In this document: in pieces, positions 32,151 through 41,930 of the stretch
How the letters are laid out: every line of letters begins with the position of its first letter
Position numbering within the stretch: the stretch's first letter is position 1
Source: an uncultured delta proteobacterium
GTDB taxonomy: Bacteria > Myxococcota > Myxococcia > Myxococcales > Myxococcaceae
DNA: 64,000 nucleotides
Direction: 5' to 3'
Assembly (NCBI GenBank): GCA_963713045.1
Contig: CAVQKE010000003.1
Span: 224,001-288,000 of the forward strand
Translations under genes and position numbers: made by a program
The notes under the pieces: model-generated
Told to the model about the DNA's origin: nothing
The model's database searches: none
Seen by the model: only the letters and a program-made list of their open reading frames with translations

Positions 32151-32424
32151 CCGAGCCGCCCAGCGGAGGGGTGGTGACGTGGAACATGTTCCGCTAACGG
32201 AGAGCTTGGCCGAGTCCAGTGGTGAACAGGAAATCCTTCAGGTGCACGCCGCTCTAGAGATGTTGGAGAAGGTCGACGCTCGTCTCGTCCGCGTCGTGGA
32301 GATGCGTTACTTCGCTGGGATGACCGAAGAGGAGATTGGACGGTCGCTGAGCATCACCGACAGAACCGTCCGGCGCGACTGGGAAAAAGCCCGCCTCCTC
32401 CTGGCTGCGGCGCTGAAACCCTAG
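32150..32424 (+). pseudogene. C-terminal fragment of an ECF sigma factor
   Basis: AAQRRGG...VVEMRYFAGMTEEEIGRSLSITDRTVRRDWEKAR (region 4); region 2 absent. Confidence 0.75.
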
Positions 32425-32790
32425 CCTCCCCACCCCCCCCCGGTGTCCGGTTCCAGGCGCGCTTTGCGTGCTGGAGGTAGGGGCCACGACGGCCCTCGCC
32501 AACCAGAGGAGCTCGCCGTGGACTTCGTGCCGTTTGAGGGTGTGCCGCTTGAGGGCGGACAAGAGTGGAAGCGCCTGATGCTCGCAGTCGCAATTGGAGC
32601 CGTCATGGTCATGGGGGCCTGGGTGCTCCTTGGCGCCTCCCCAATCTCCACCACGCGTTCCGTGAGCGAGGCGAGGATGATCGCGCCTTCCACGACGGCG
32701 GGAGTCAATATCGCAGCGAGCGACACTGATGTGGGCCCGGGCGAGGCGGAATCGGAACTCTGCAAACATCCGGTCGCGGCGCGCTAGCGG

Positions 32791-34240
32791 CAATGCCGAT
32801 CAGTTAAGCCCAAGCGATCGCAGGCATTGAGGAATTTGGCGCGGGGCCCGGGGCCCGATGCGGGACGTTCAGAATTGATCAGAGTGCGCGTCTCAGGAGG
32901 GACGCGTGCGAATCGACCAGGCTCTGAATGCAGTCGGGGCGTTTGCGGTCGCGGATAAGCTGGACCAGCTCAAGCAGCACCTAAGCGCGGACTGGGTGGA
33001 GCAGGCGCTGGCTTGGGCCGGCACAACCACTATCCGGCGAAGGCGTCTGCCCGCGGAGCAGGTTGTTTGGCTCGTCATCGGGATGGGCCTGTTCCGGAAC
33101 GAGCCCATCGAGCGCATCGTCGACATGCTCGACCTGGCGTTGCCGGACGAGCGCGACTCGTTGGTGGCCAAAAGCGCCATTAGCCAGGCGCGTCAGCGAC
33201 TCAAGGACACACCGCTCGAGTACCTCTTCGCGACAACGGCAGCGGAATGGTCGGCGCGGAGCGCCAACGCGCATCGGTGGCGAGGCCTGACTGTCTATGG
33301 CCTCGACGGCACGACGATGCGTGTTCCCGACTCACCCGAGAACCGAGAGGAATTCGGAGGCCAGGGGGCAGGCGGAGGACGAGGAGACAGCGGCTACCCG
33401 CTGGTCCGCGTGGTGGCGATGATGGCCCTGCGCTCGCACGTCCTTTCGGCCTTTCGGTTTGCCGACTACAAAACGGGCGAGGTGACGCTGGCGCGTCAGG
33501 TCTGGGAGCAGCTGCCAGCTGATTCCCTGGTCATCATCGACCGTAACTTCTTGGTGAAGCAGGACCTCTTCGCGCTCGAATGCACCGGCAACCGTCACTG
33601 GCTCTCGCGCACGAAGAAGAACACGCGCTGGGCCATCGTCGAGAGACTCGGCAAGGACGACTACCTGGTCGAGCTGGAGCTACACGGGAAGGGGCTGCCA
33701 AGCACGTACCCGGTCCGAGCAATTCACTACAAGCGCAAGGGCTACCCTCGCTCGACGCTGCTCACGTCCCTCACCGACCCCGAGAAGTTTCCGGCCCAGG
33801 AACTGGTCGCGCTCTACCACGAGCGGTGGGAAGCGGAGATTGCGTACGACGAGGTGAAGACTCACCTGCTTGACCGCCAGGAAGCCATCCGGAGTCGGAC
33901 ACCCGAAGGCGTACGGCAGGAGCTCTGGGGAATTGCGCTTGCGTACAACCTCGTGCGCGTCGAGATGGAACGAACGGCCGCGGAAGCCGGTGTCCCGCCA
34001 ACACGCATCAGCTTCACCGCGTCGCTCGCACTCATCCGAGACGAACTCGGCCGAATGGGAGGGGCTCGCTTTTTGCCGGGCACCATTCCCAAACGCCTAA
34101 TGAGCATGCGACGACACCTCAAACGGCTGATTCTCCCCGAACGCCGAACCGAGCGCGTCTTTCCCCGGGCCGTGAAGCTCAAGATGAGCTCCTATCCCCG
34201 CAAGCGCCCCCAGGGGAGCCTCCCTAAGTGAACGGCATTG
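32791..34240 (+). mobile_element. IS4 family element, intact, with 10-bp TSD
   Basis: IRL CAATGCCGATCAGTTAAG, IRR (reverse complement) CAATGCCGTTCACTTAGG; TSD GCGCTAGCGG at 32781-32790 and 34241-34250. Confidence 0.95.
32906..34231 (+). CDS. IS4 transposase
   Basis: RRRRLPAEQVVWLVI, LDGT, IDRNF and YHERWEAEIAYDEVK (YREK motif). Confidence 0.95.
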   Translation: MRIDQALNAVGAFAVADKLDQLKQHLSADWVEQALAWAGTTTIRRRRLPAEQVVWLVIGMGLFRNEPIERIVDMLDLALPDERDSLVAKSAISQARQRLKDTPLEYLFATTAAEWSARSANAHRWRGLTVYGLDGTTMRVPDSPENREEFGGQGAGGGRGDSGYPLVRVVAMMALRSHVLSAFRFADYKTGEVTLARQVWEQLPADSLVIIDRNFLVKQDLFALECTGNRHWLSRTKKNTRWAIVERLGKDDYLVELELHGKGLPSTYPVRAIHYKRKGYPRSTLLTSLTDPEKFPAQELVALYHERWEAEIAYDEVKTHLLDRQEAIRSRTPEGVRQELWGIALAYNLVRVEMERTAAEAGVPPTRISFTASLALIRDELGRMGGARFLPGTIPKRLMSMRRHLKRLILPERRTERVFPRAVKLKMSSYPRKRPQGSLPK

Positions 34241-34393
34241 GCGCTAGCGGTGCGCTAGCGGTGGGCCAAAGTGCCAAAGAGGTTCTGCTCGGAGCTGGGT
34301 ACACGCGCCATTCAGACGACAGCTTAGAACCCCCCTCTCGCAAATCAAGGCACTTCAACTGGTAGCGGCATGTCCGCACTCAGTCCTTTGAAA

Positions 34394-34447
34394 GGGTTCG
34401 AATCCCGGCAGGGTCACTTACAGCATCGCTTTTGAGAGGAGAAGGGG
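34394..34447 (+). repeat. tRNA-Glu 3'-end att repeat, copy 2
   Basis: 25-bp identity to 6554-6578, plus a similar downstream CAGCA..TTT..GAGGAGAA flank. Confidence 0.92.
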
Positions 34448-34658
34448 AGGGTTCGGTTCTTCTATCCCCGGAAGGGTATTAAGAATTAGCCGCCTTAGTG
34501 TTTTGCAAAATTCCTTCTGCGGGGATTTGGGTGTTTATGTATTCGTCAGCTGAACGCATTGAGGCGGTTGGGGGCCTTTCGCTAACACGCGCTGGTTAAC
34601 GTTTGAGAACAGGCAGCGCAGCTGAATCGGGAATTTCAATTGGACCTGCCGGTGCCGT

Positions 34659-35186
34659 TCACGCTCCTCGTCCCTTTCCTTTCCGGCGCCGTCGTCGCGG
34701 GGAAAGGGCCGTCCAAGTAGCCGCCAGAATCCTTGGATCGATGGTGAAATCCTCCGGCCCTCCGGCGGTCGCGAGGAGCGGGGCGGCGAGGGCGTGCAGG
34801 GGATTCACAAGATAGTTGAACTCCCCAGGGACATGGACACTGGGGACGCGAAGAACGGGGCTCCGTCCTTCACGAATCCACCGAGTCCCGAGCGTGCGAG
34901 TGGCCTGGAGGTGTCGGACGCCCTTCCAGCGCGCAGGAAGCCTCGCCGTGTCGACCGTCTCGACCGGCGTTAGAGACGCGTCCAGGTCGAGCCACCACCA
35001 GGTCGCTTCGGCGGGCACCGACCCGGGAGTCAGGTGCGCCAGAAACTCGAGGACGCTGAGCGCCTTCGTCCCGGCCGTGTAGACGATGCGCACGCCACGC
35101 TCGTGCCAGCGCCCGGCGACGTACAGCCCGCCCTCTCCAGTAAAGGGCGGATGGCGGCGCTTAGCCACGCGCCAGAGGGGTATCAC
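34659..35186 (-). CDS. RES-domain toxin (MbcT/ParT-like)
   Basis: GEGGLYVAGRWH, YTA, LEFLAH, LRVPSVHVPGEFNYLVNPLH; GTGA overlap with the antitoxin stop. Confidence 0.88.
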   Translation of the reverse strand: MIPLWRVAKRRHPPFTGEGGLYVAGRWHERGVRIVYTAGTKALSVLEFLAHLTPGSVPAEATWWWLDLDASLTPVETVDTARLPARWKGVRHLQATRTLGTRWIREGRSPVLRVPSVHVPGEFNYLVNPLHALAAPLLATAGGPEDFTIDPRILAATWTALSPRRRRRKGKGRGA

Positions 35187-35627
35187 GCGAAGAAACCGTA
35201 TTCGATCCGAAGCAGTGCCTCCTCGACGGCGCGAGCACCCTCGTCTGTGTCGAGCAGGTCGACGGGCCGCTCCCCGCCAAGAGCGGGCACCGGTTCGCGC
35301 AGCCACGCGCGGGCCTGCACAGGACCCTCGAGGACGTGCTCCGCGAGAAGGGAAGCCCTAGCAAGGCGAACGAGCTTCTGTGAATCATCCGGGGCGAGGT
35401 GTTGCTTCGACGCGAGCCGGCGAAAGATGCTCGCGCGTCCGACGCGCAGGGCACGAATCAACTCCTCCCTCGTCAGTCCAGCGCGATTCTGCGGCCCGCT
35501 GAAAAGCGGACGAGGGAAGACCTTCGCGCAACACAGCAATGAGGTCCCCACGCCGGCCGCGCACCCCTAGGGCGTCAAGAACCATTCGCGCGTCTGGCCG
35601 GGGATTCAGGCTCGGCTTGGTCTCCAC
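35183..35627 (-). pseudogene. Xre/MbcA/ParS antitoxin with a frameshift
   Basis: RBS GAGGAGG; LREGLP, then a shift near 35485; C-terminal AWLREPVPALGGERPVDLLDTDEGARAVEEALLRIEYG. Confidence 0.85.
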
Positions 35628-35765
35628 GTGCGCCTCCTCTGCGCTAAGTACCAAATGAGATGGTAACAACATGCCATTCGGGATGCCAGTGGCTTTTTTT
35701 GCGGGTTGGACCATGTGCCTGGCCAAAATCCCTCCTGTAGCTCGCCTCACGTTAGTCTTTTGAAA

Positions 35766-35820
35766 GGGTTCGAATCCCGGCAGGGTCACTAGCAGCACGC
35801 CGTTTCAGACGAGAAACGGG
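35766..35820 (+). repeat. tRNA-Glu 3'-end att repeat, copy 3
   Basis: 25-bp identity; upstream AGTCTTTTGAAA as in copy 2; downstream CCGTTTC-N6-GAAACGG hairpin. Confidence 0.92.
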
Positions 35821-36002
35821 TTCTTGTCACTCAGTGGTGGGTTTGCCGAAAAGCTGATTAGGCACGCCCGTTTCTTGGTGGTGCGCACCCGTCGGGCGAA
35901 ATTCGTTCTAGAAGGGACGGACCGACTGGCTCTGCTCTGCCTCGAGAGGGTTGCGTCGTCTCGCCGTCGCCGCGACTCAAGGGCCGGGCATCAACCCTGA
36001 AA

Positions 36003-36488
36003 CTACGACCTCTTCTTCCTCCCTCCGAAGAACGGGATGGCCGCGGCCTGCTTCATCCACGAGGCCGCTTGGCGCTCGTCGAGCTCGCCCACGGACTTGA
36101 GCTCGACACCCCGTGTGGACTTGCCCATTCCGATCGGCATCACCGGCGGTTCAGGCTTCAGCTCCGTGCCGCGTATGAACATCAGCTTCACATGGCCGAC
36201 GAAGGCGCCGGATGAGAAGCACCAGCCCCCGCCAATACCGTAGTACGCCATTCCCCACTTCACGGAACGCTGGAGGTCCGGCAACGCCTTAGCCGCAAGG
36301 GCATCGATGCGCTCGGCGATGCCGCGCTGCGGCTGCGGCAGGCTGGCGATGTAGGCGAAGACGGGGTCGTCGCCATCACCGGCCTTCGCGGCGCTTGCCT
36401 TTCCGGTCATGGCAACCAACAGCTTCGTGACGGTTTGGCGTTGGGCGGTCTTCCTGCCCTTGGGCTTGTGCTTGGCGACGCGATTCAT
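36003..36488 (-). CDS. DUF1801 domain protein
   Basis: VFAYIASLPQPQR, RSVKWGMAYYG and VKLMFIRG. Confidence 0.85.
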   Translation of the reverse strand: MNRVAKHKPKGRKTAQRQTVTKLLVAMTGKASAAKAGDGDDPVFAYIASLPQPQRGIAERIDALAAKALPDLQRSVKWGMAYYGIGGGWCFSSGAFVGHVKLMFIRGTELKPEPPVMPIGMGKSTRGVELKSVGELDERQAASWMKQAAAIPFFGGRKKRS

Positions 36489-36683
36489 TCGGCTTACTTT
36501 TGGTAGGCGTTCACCGGGAATCTAGGCGGCGATGGGCTGGGCAGGAAGGGTCCCGCCGTTCTACTCAAGCGCGAGCTCCTGGCCGGCGAGGACCGAGCGT
36601 AACAAGCCGAACATGTCGACGACACATACATCACGCATCGTTCAAGTTGACATCTGATGCGAAGACGGCTCAAGCTATAAATC

Positions 36684-36932
36684 ATGCCACGGACAACAAT
36701 CGACATCGATGCCCCCATCCTTCGCGATCTGAAGAAGCTGCAGAAGCGCGAGGGGAAGCCCCTCGGGCGGCTTGTCAGCGAACTCTTGGCGCTCGCGCTC
36801 CGCCGTGAGAAAGCCCCGCCGCCGGTCCCCTTCCGCTGGACCGCGCGCGCGATGGGCGCCCCACTCGTGGACCTCGGCGACAAGGACGCACTCTGGGCAG
36901 CCCTAACGGCTGTCGACGCGCCACAGCGATGA
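36684..36932 (+). CDS. vapB: VapB-type antitoxin
   Basis: MPRTTIDID RHH start; ATGA overlap with vapC. Confidence 0.85.
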   Translation: MPRTTIDIDAPILRDLKKLQKREGKPLGRLVSELLALALRREKAPPPVPFRWTARAMGAPLVDLGDKDALWAALTAVDAPQR

Positions 36933-37366
36933 GCTTTGCCCTCGACGCCAACGTTTTGCTGTACGCGTCGAACACGGTAAGCCCTGAGCACGTGCGCGCA
37001 CGCGATTTTCTTTCGGCCTGCGCCAGAGGCACCGAGTTGCTCTGCCTGGGCTGGCCAACGCTGATGGCGTACCTCCGGATTAGCACCCACCCCGCCATTT
37101 TCCCGACCCCATTGAGCCAGGGCGAGGCCGAGGGCAACATCCATGCACTGCTCCAGCTTCCTCACGTTCGGGTGGTCTCCGAGCTGGACGGGTTCTGGGA
37201 GGTCTACTGCGAGGTCTCCGCGACAACTCGCGCACGGGGCAACCTCGTCCCGGATGCCCACCTCGCGGCAATCCTGAAGCAGAACGGCATCGCGACCCTC
37301 TGCACGAACGACTCGGACTTTCGCCGGTTCGATTTCCTCGAGCTGCGAAACCCGTTCTCACCATAG
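36929..37366 (+). CDS. vapC: VapC PIN-domain toxin
   Basis: LDANVLLYA, GNLVPDAHLAA and TNDSDFRRF. Confidence 0.92.
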   Translation: MSFALDANVLLYASNTVSPEHVRARDFLSACARGTELLCLGWPTLMAYLRISTHPAIFPTPLSQGEAEGNIHALLQLPHVRVVSELDGFWEVYCEVSATTRARGNLVPDAHLAAILKQNGIATLCTNDSDFRRFDFLELRNPFSP

Positions 37367-37380
37367 GAGGAACACGTTCC

Positions 37381-37430
37381 CGGGTTCGAATCCCGGCAGG
37401 GTCACTCGCAGCACCCCGTTTCAGAGGAAA
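37381..37430 (+). repeat. tRNA-Glu 3'-end att repeat, copy 4
   Basis: CGGGTTCGAATCCCGGCAGGGTCACTCGCAGCACCC is identical to 6553-6588; lies 14 bp after the vapC stop. Confidence 0.93.
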
Positions 37431-37838
37431 AATCAGCCCGCAGCTCAACTGGCAGCACAACTGGCATCAGAGGAGCCCGGGTTTAGCGCCAGCCACCTGG
37501 GGTTCGGTCGCCTTCGCTCTGGCGCCTGCGACACTGCCAACTGGCGAGGCGTTCCTCACCCTTTCGCTAGGTTGCCCGGGCGGCTCGGCGTCCACTCGTC
37601 GTCGACCGTCTCCGCCTCTGTGAACTCGCAGCGCTGTGTCACATCCGAGTGAGTAACGCCATCCGCGCGCTGCCGACGGACTTGGCCAGCTACCTTTCTG
37701 CATCGGCGCAGCGGGTGCCTGAGGCGCCTTGAGCAGCTGTTGTCGGGATCGACGCCGCGACAGCAGACGAGGCGTGGCACCACCCTGCACGCCAGCGTCG
37801 CTGCATGCATCGCTGGCGTGCTTGCCATTTGAGAGCGG

Positions 37839-38426
37839 TCACGCCGGGTGGGCGGCGATGGACCGTATGGCGCGGTCGCGCGGGTGCCCGAGCCGGTACA
37901 GGCGCGCAGAGAACACGATGAGCGCCGCGCCGAACGCGACGGCGTACGTCGCGATAAGCCACGCCAGCGACAGGGCGCCAGCGCCCGGGAATAAAATGAC
38001 GCCGACGCCGAACGCGATTGACAACACGCCGCTCAGTGCGAGCAAGCCGGCTCCGCTCAGCTCTTTGCGCCACGTAATCGCGGCGCCGATCTGCATTGCG
38101 CCGACGATGACGGCCCAAACGGCGATGTTGACGAGCAGCACGACGCCGGTAATGCCGGGACGCCAGAACGTGAGGGTGCCGGCGACCAGGCCGGTGAGCC
38201 CGGCGAAAAGCACCCAGCCCCAGCCAGGCAGGGTCTTGTGCTCAGCGATGGCGTAGACGACGCTCACCGCACCGTCTGTGAGCGTGTAAGCGCCCCAAAG
38301 GAGGACGAGCGCAAAGAGGCTCAGGCCGGGCATAAAGAAAGTGAGGATACCGAACGCGACCGCCGCAAGCCCGCGCAACAACGGCACCCACCAGCGGTCA
38401 ACAACAGTCTGTAGTACGCGATTCAT
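37839..38426 (-). CDS. HdeD/DUF308 membrane protein
   Basis: WWVPLLRGLAAVAFG and six TM helices; RBS AAGGAG. Confidence 0.85.
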   Translation of the reverse strand: MNRVLQTVVDRWWVPLLRGLAAVAFGILTFFMPGLSLFALVLLWGAYTLTDGAVSVVYAIAEHKTLPGWGWVLFAGLTGLVAGTLTFWRPGITGVVLLVNIAVWAVIVGAMQIGAAITWRKELSGAGLLALSGVLSIAFGVGVILFPGAGALSLAWLIATYAVAFGAALIVFSARLYRLGHPRDRAIRSIAAHPA

Positions 38427-38500
38427 GATTACGTCTCCTTTTCTTAGAGTGAAACTGCTTTGAACAGCATCGGGACTGCCGTAGCAGCACCGGAATCTCC

Positions 38501-39817
38501 TCAATGCACCGCTTGCGCAGGCAGCGCTCCCGCCGGCGGGAGCGCGGTCGCCCCGTTCGTGGGATCCGGCAGCCGCACCTGCGCCGAGTCCGCCGTGAAG
38601 AAGAGCGCAACGGTCCAGTCGCCGATGAGCCGAAGCTTTCGCTCCCACCGAGGCATTTTGAACAGGTAGGCCGTGCGCCACAGCCACCACGCGAAGAAGC
38701 CGCGAACGCGCACGCCGAAGAACTGACCGACGCCCGTTCTGTCGCCGAGTAGCGCCAGCGTGCCCACCGTCTGATATTCAAACGGTTCGAGGCTGCCGCC
38801 GTCGATCGTCTTCGCGATGTTGCGAGCGAGCGCCTTCGCCTCGCGCAGCGCGTGCTGCGCGAGCGGGGGGTAGGTCTGCCCGGGCCGCCCCGGCACGGGT
38901 ATGGCCGCGTTGTCGCCGAGCGCCCAAACCTCGGGGTGGCTCAGGCTGCGCATCGTCTGGTCGGTCGCGATGCGGCCCCGCTTGTCGCGCGCGACGGCAA
39001 AGCCCGAGATGAGCGGGTTCACCGCCAGCCCCGCTGCGTAGACGACGGTGCCCGCGGCCAGCACCGAGCCGTCGCCGAGGTGCACTTCGCCTGGCTCGAT
39101 TTTCTTCACCGCCGTGGACGTCTGCACCTGAACCCCGCGGCCGCGGAAGGTCTTCTCGACGTAGGAGGCGAGCTTCGGATCGAGGTCGGCCACGAGCTGT
39201 GGCTGCGCCTCGACGACGTGAAGCGAGACGTCTTCGCGCGCGATGGTCCGGTACGTCTCTCGTAGGCTCGAGAGCAGGTGCGAGAGCTCGCCGGCGAGCT
39301 CGACGCCGACCAGGCCGCCTCCGATCACTACGAAGCGCAACAGCTGCCGGCGCCGATCGGGGTTACGCTCGATGGACGCTCGCTCGAACGCGTCGATAAC
39401 GTGGCTGCGCAGCGCGATGGCGTCTTCGACCGTCTTGAACGGCAGTGTGTGCTGCGACGAGCCGGGCACCAGGTCGTACCGGGGCACGCCGCCTAGCGCG
39501 ATGACGAGTTGGTCGTACGGTGCGCTCAAGGCCTCGGCGCCGTTCCATGCCGACACCACGCGCCGCGTGAAGTCGACGTTGGTGATCTCCGCGCGCACGA
39601 ACCGTGTCCGCCTGAGCAGCGGCCGCACCGGGTTGACGACGTGGCGCACGTCGACCGCTCCCGACGCCGCTTCGAACAGCAGCGGAGTCATCAGGTAGAA
39701 ATTGTCTCGGCTCATGAGCGTGACTTCGACGTCGTCACGCTTTCGCCACAGGCGCTCGAGCTCGACCGCGACGTAGGTGCCGCCGAAGCCCGCTCCGAGG
39801 ATGACGATCCTCTTCAT
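38501..39817 (-). CDS. ndh: Type II NADH dehydrogenase-like FAD oxidoreductase
   Basis: GAGFGG, GGGLVGVELAGE, WALGD and PPLAQHALREA. Confidence 0.9.
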   Translation of the reverse strand: MKRIVILGAGFGGTYVAVELERLWRKRDDVEVTLMSRDNFYLMTPLLFEAASGAVDVRHVVNPVRPLLRRTRFVRAEITNVDFTRRVVSAWNGAEALSAPYDQLVIALGGVPRYDLVPGSSQHTLPFKTVEDAIALRSHVIDAFERASIERNPDRRRQLLRFVVIGGGLVGVELAGELSHLLSSLRETYRTIAREDVSLHVVEAQPQLVADLDPKLASYVEKTFRGRGVQVQTSTAVKKIEPGEVHLGDGSVLAAGTVVYAAGLAVNPLISGFAVARDKRGRIATDQTMRSLSHPEVWALGDNAAIPVPGRPGQTYPPLAQHALREAKALARNIAKTIDGGSLEPFEYQTVGTLALLGDRTGVGQFFGVRVRGFFAWWLWRTAYLFKMPRWERKLRLIGDWTVALFFTADSAQVRLPDPTNGATALPPAGALPAQAVH

Positions 39818-40044
39818 GGCGCCCCTCCCTGCGCGAGGTAGCCGCCGTCGACGGAGTAGTAGGCGCCGGTGACGAGCGACGCCTTGTCGGAGGCAATCCA
39901 GAGCGTGAGCTCGGTCACCTCGGCCCGCGTGCCCATTCGCCCAAGCGGGTGCAGCGCGACGAGCACCGGTGCGGGTGTCGACTTGCGAGCAGAGAAGACG
40001 AGCGCCGATTGCGCGCTGTCGATCTCGAATCGTTCCCGGTCCAT
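39814..40044 (-). pseudogene. Deletion chimera of a YceI N-terminus and an SDR C-terminus
   Basis: MDRERFEIDSAQSALVFSARK joined to ALHPLGRMG...VTGAYYSVDGGYLAQ. Confidence 0.7.
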
Positions 40045-40057
40045 GCCGGGCGGTAGG

Positions 40058-40073
40058 AGCAACGCCCGTGCCA
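40058..40073 (-). promoter_or_regulatory. Sigma54 -24/-12 promoter
   Basis: TGGCACGGGCGTTGCT matches TGGCAC-N5-TTGC; adjacent to a sigma54 activator gene. Confidence 0.85.
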
Positions 40074-40115
40074 GCCGTCTGCGCAGCAGGCGCCGGCGCT
40101 TGTGCGACATGGTCT

Positions 40116-40154
40116 TCTCATTATGATGTGCGACTATTTCCTTTTGATTGGGGG
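40116..40154. promoter_or_regulatory. Putative activator binding sites (UAS)
   Basis: TCTCATTATGAT...TTTGATTGGGGG, conserved with 44603-44639. Confidence 0.55.
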
Positions 40155-40159
40155 CTTCC

Positions 40160-41803
40160 ATGCGCGCCGCGGACCTCGATTTACGGGAACTGTTGTCCAT
40201 GGAACGGCCTGGAGTCCTCCGCTTCGCCGGCCAGCGCGCCGTGATCTTGGAGACAGTCGCGCTCGGCCTATTGCGACGCGAGCTCATCGAGACACTCGGA
40301 ATGAAGGCCGCCCGCGGCGTGCTGACGCGCTTCGGTTATGCGCACGGGCGGCGGACCGCGGAGACCCTTAAAGACACCTTCCCGTGGGACGACGAGGGCG
40401 AGTGGGCGGACGCGGGCGAACGGCTTCATACGCTACAGGGCCTGGTAAACGTCGAGAGCCTCGCGCCCCACGCGATGTCGACGCGGGCCGACGAGGGCGG
40501 AGCCATCTGGCACGATTCGTATGAAGCCGAGCAGCACCTGCTGCACCTGGGCCAGGCGGACGAGCCGGTGTGCTGGACGCTCGCGGGCTTCGCGAGCGGT
40601 TACTCGTCGTTCGTTGGCGGACGGCAAATCTACTGCGTCGAGGAGCGCTGCCGAGGCAAGGGCGACGCCGTCTGCCAGCTCGTCGGCCGCTCGCGCGAGA
40701 GGTGGGGCGACGCCCTGTCGTCGCTGCTACCGTACTACGAGAAGGCGGGCATGGACGACGCGCTTGAGCGGGTGACGGCGGAGCTCAAACGCGTCGAGTC
40801 GCGCCTGCGCCTGCGCCAGAAGGCGCTGGAACCGAAGACAGCGGCCATCATCGACTCATCGGGCATCGTCGCCCGGAGCCCGGCGATGCAGAAGGTGCTC
40901 GACCTTGCGCGCCGCGTGGCGAAGGTCGACTCGACGGTGCTCATCACTGGCGAGAGCGGCGTCGGAAAGGAACGCATCTCGCGCCTTATCCACGATGAGT
41001 CGGCGCGGGTCGGCAGGCCCTTCGTGGCCGTCAACTGCGGCGCGGTTCCCGAGACCCTGCTCGAGTCGGAGCTCTTCGGCCACGTAAGAGGCGCTTTTAC
41101 CGGCGCGTCACAGGATCGCGCAGGGCTCTTCGAAGCGGCCAACGGAGGCACGCTGCTGCTCGACGAGATCGGCGAGATGCCGCCCCCGATGCAGGTGAAG
41201 CTATTGCGCGCGCTGCAGGAGCGCGAGGTGCGGCGCGTTGGCGAGAACAAGACACGGCAAGTCGACGTGCGGGTGCTCGCCGCGACCAACCGCGATCTGG
41301 CGGCCGAAGTGCATGCCGCACGCTTCCGGCAGGATCTGTTCTACCGCCTGCGCGTCATCGAGCTCAGAGTGCCGCCGCTGCGGGAGCGGCGTGAAGACAT
41401 ACTGCCGCTCGCGCGCACGTTCCTAAAGGCGGCCGCCGAACGCACGCACCGCAAGGTGACCGAGCTAACGCCCGAGGCGGCGAATCAGCTCTTCCGCTAC
41501 GGCTGGCCGGGCAACGTGCGTGAGCTCGAGAACGCCATCGAGCACGCGGTGGTGCTCGCGACGGGCAGCCGCGTCGACGCAGACGACCTTCCCCGCGAGC
41601 TTTCCGTCGCGCTCCCCGAGGCGTACGCGGCCGGCGAGGTGCATTCCCTGGGGGACGTCGAGCGCGACTACATTCTCGCGGTGGTTCGCGCGAATCACGG
41701 CAACAAGCTTAAAGCCGCCGAGCAGCTGAAGATCGGCACCGCGACCTTGTACCGCAAGCTCAAGCAATATGAGGGCGCGCGTCGGCCCAGGCAGAGGACT
41801 TAA
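40160..41803 (+). CDS. XylR/DmpR-type sigma54-dependent activator (XylR_N, V4R, AAA, HTH)
   Basis: RFGYAHG, VCW...CRGKGDAVC, GESGVGKE, GAFTGA, WPGNVRELEN and TLYRKLK. Confidence 0.93.
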   Translation: MRAADLDLRELLSMERPGVLRFAGQRAVILETVALGLLRRELIETLGMKAARGVLTRFGYAHGRRTAETLKDTFPWDDEGEWADAGERLHTLQGLVNVESLAPHAMSTRADEGGAIWHDSYEAEQHLLHLGQADEPVCWTLAGFASGYSSFVGGRQIYCVEERCRGKGDAVCQLVGRSRERWGDALSSLLPYYEKAGMDDALERVTAELKRVESRLRLRQKALEPKTAAIIDSSGIVARSPAMQKVLDLARRVAKVDSTVLITGESGVGKERISRLIHDESARVGRPFVAVNCGAVPETLLESELFGHVRGAFTGASQDRAGLFEAANGGTLLLDEIGEMPPPMQVKLLRALQEREVRRVGENKTRQVDVRVLAATNRDLAAEVHAARFRQDLFYRLRVIELRVPPLRERREDILPLARTFLKAAAERTHRKVTELTPEAANQLFRYGWPGNVRELENAIEHAVVLATGSRVDADDLPRELSVALPEAYAAGEVHSLGDVERDYILAVVRANHGNKLKAAEQLKIGTATLYRKLKQYEGARRPRQRT

Positions 41804-41888
41804 TGCCTCTGTGGCGAAGGGGGGCCCTCGGTAGGCGCTCGAACGCGGGGGACGGGTGGTGCTGTACGCGCTCCCCGCGCCGAGCTGC

Positions 41889-41923
41889 CGACCTGGAGGC
41901 GCGTGCGGCGCGCCTCCAGGTCG
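41889..41923. terminator. Perfect 15-bp hairpin between convergent genes
   Basis: CGACCTGGAGGCGCG-TGCGG-CGCGCCTCCAGGTCG; no U tract. Confidence 0.55.
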
Positions 41924-41930
41924 TGAGGCC

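Noticed and set aside
32421..32787. Overlapping 114-aa ORFs on both strands before IS4
   Set aside because: No recognisable motif, and I cannot tell which strand, if either, is coding.
34394..37430. Additional functional tRNA-Glu genes
   Set aside because: Only the T arm and 3' acceptor strand are present; there is no D arm or anticodon arm.
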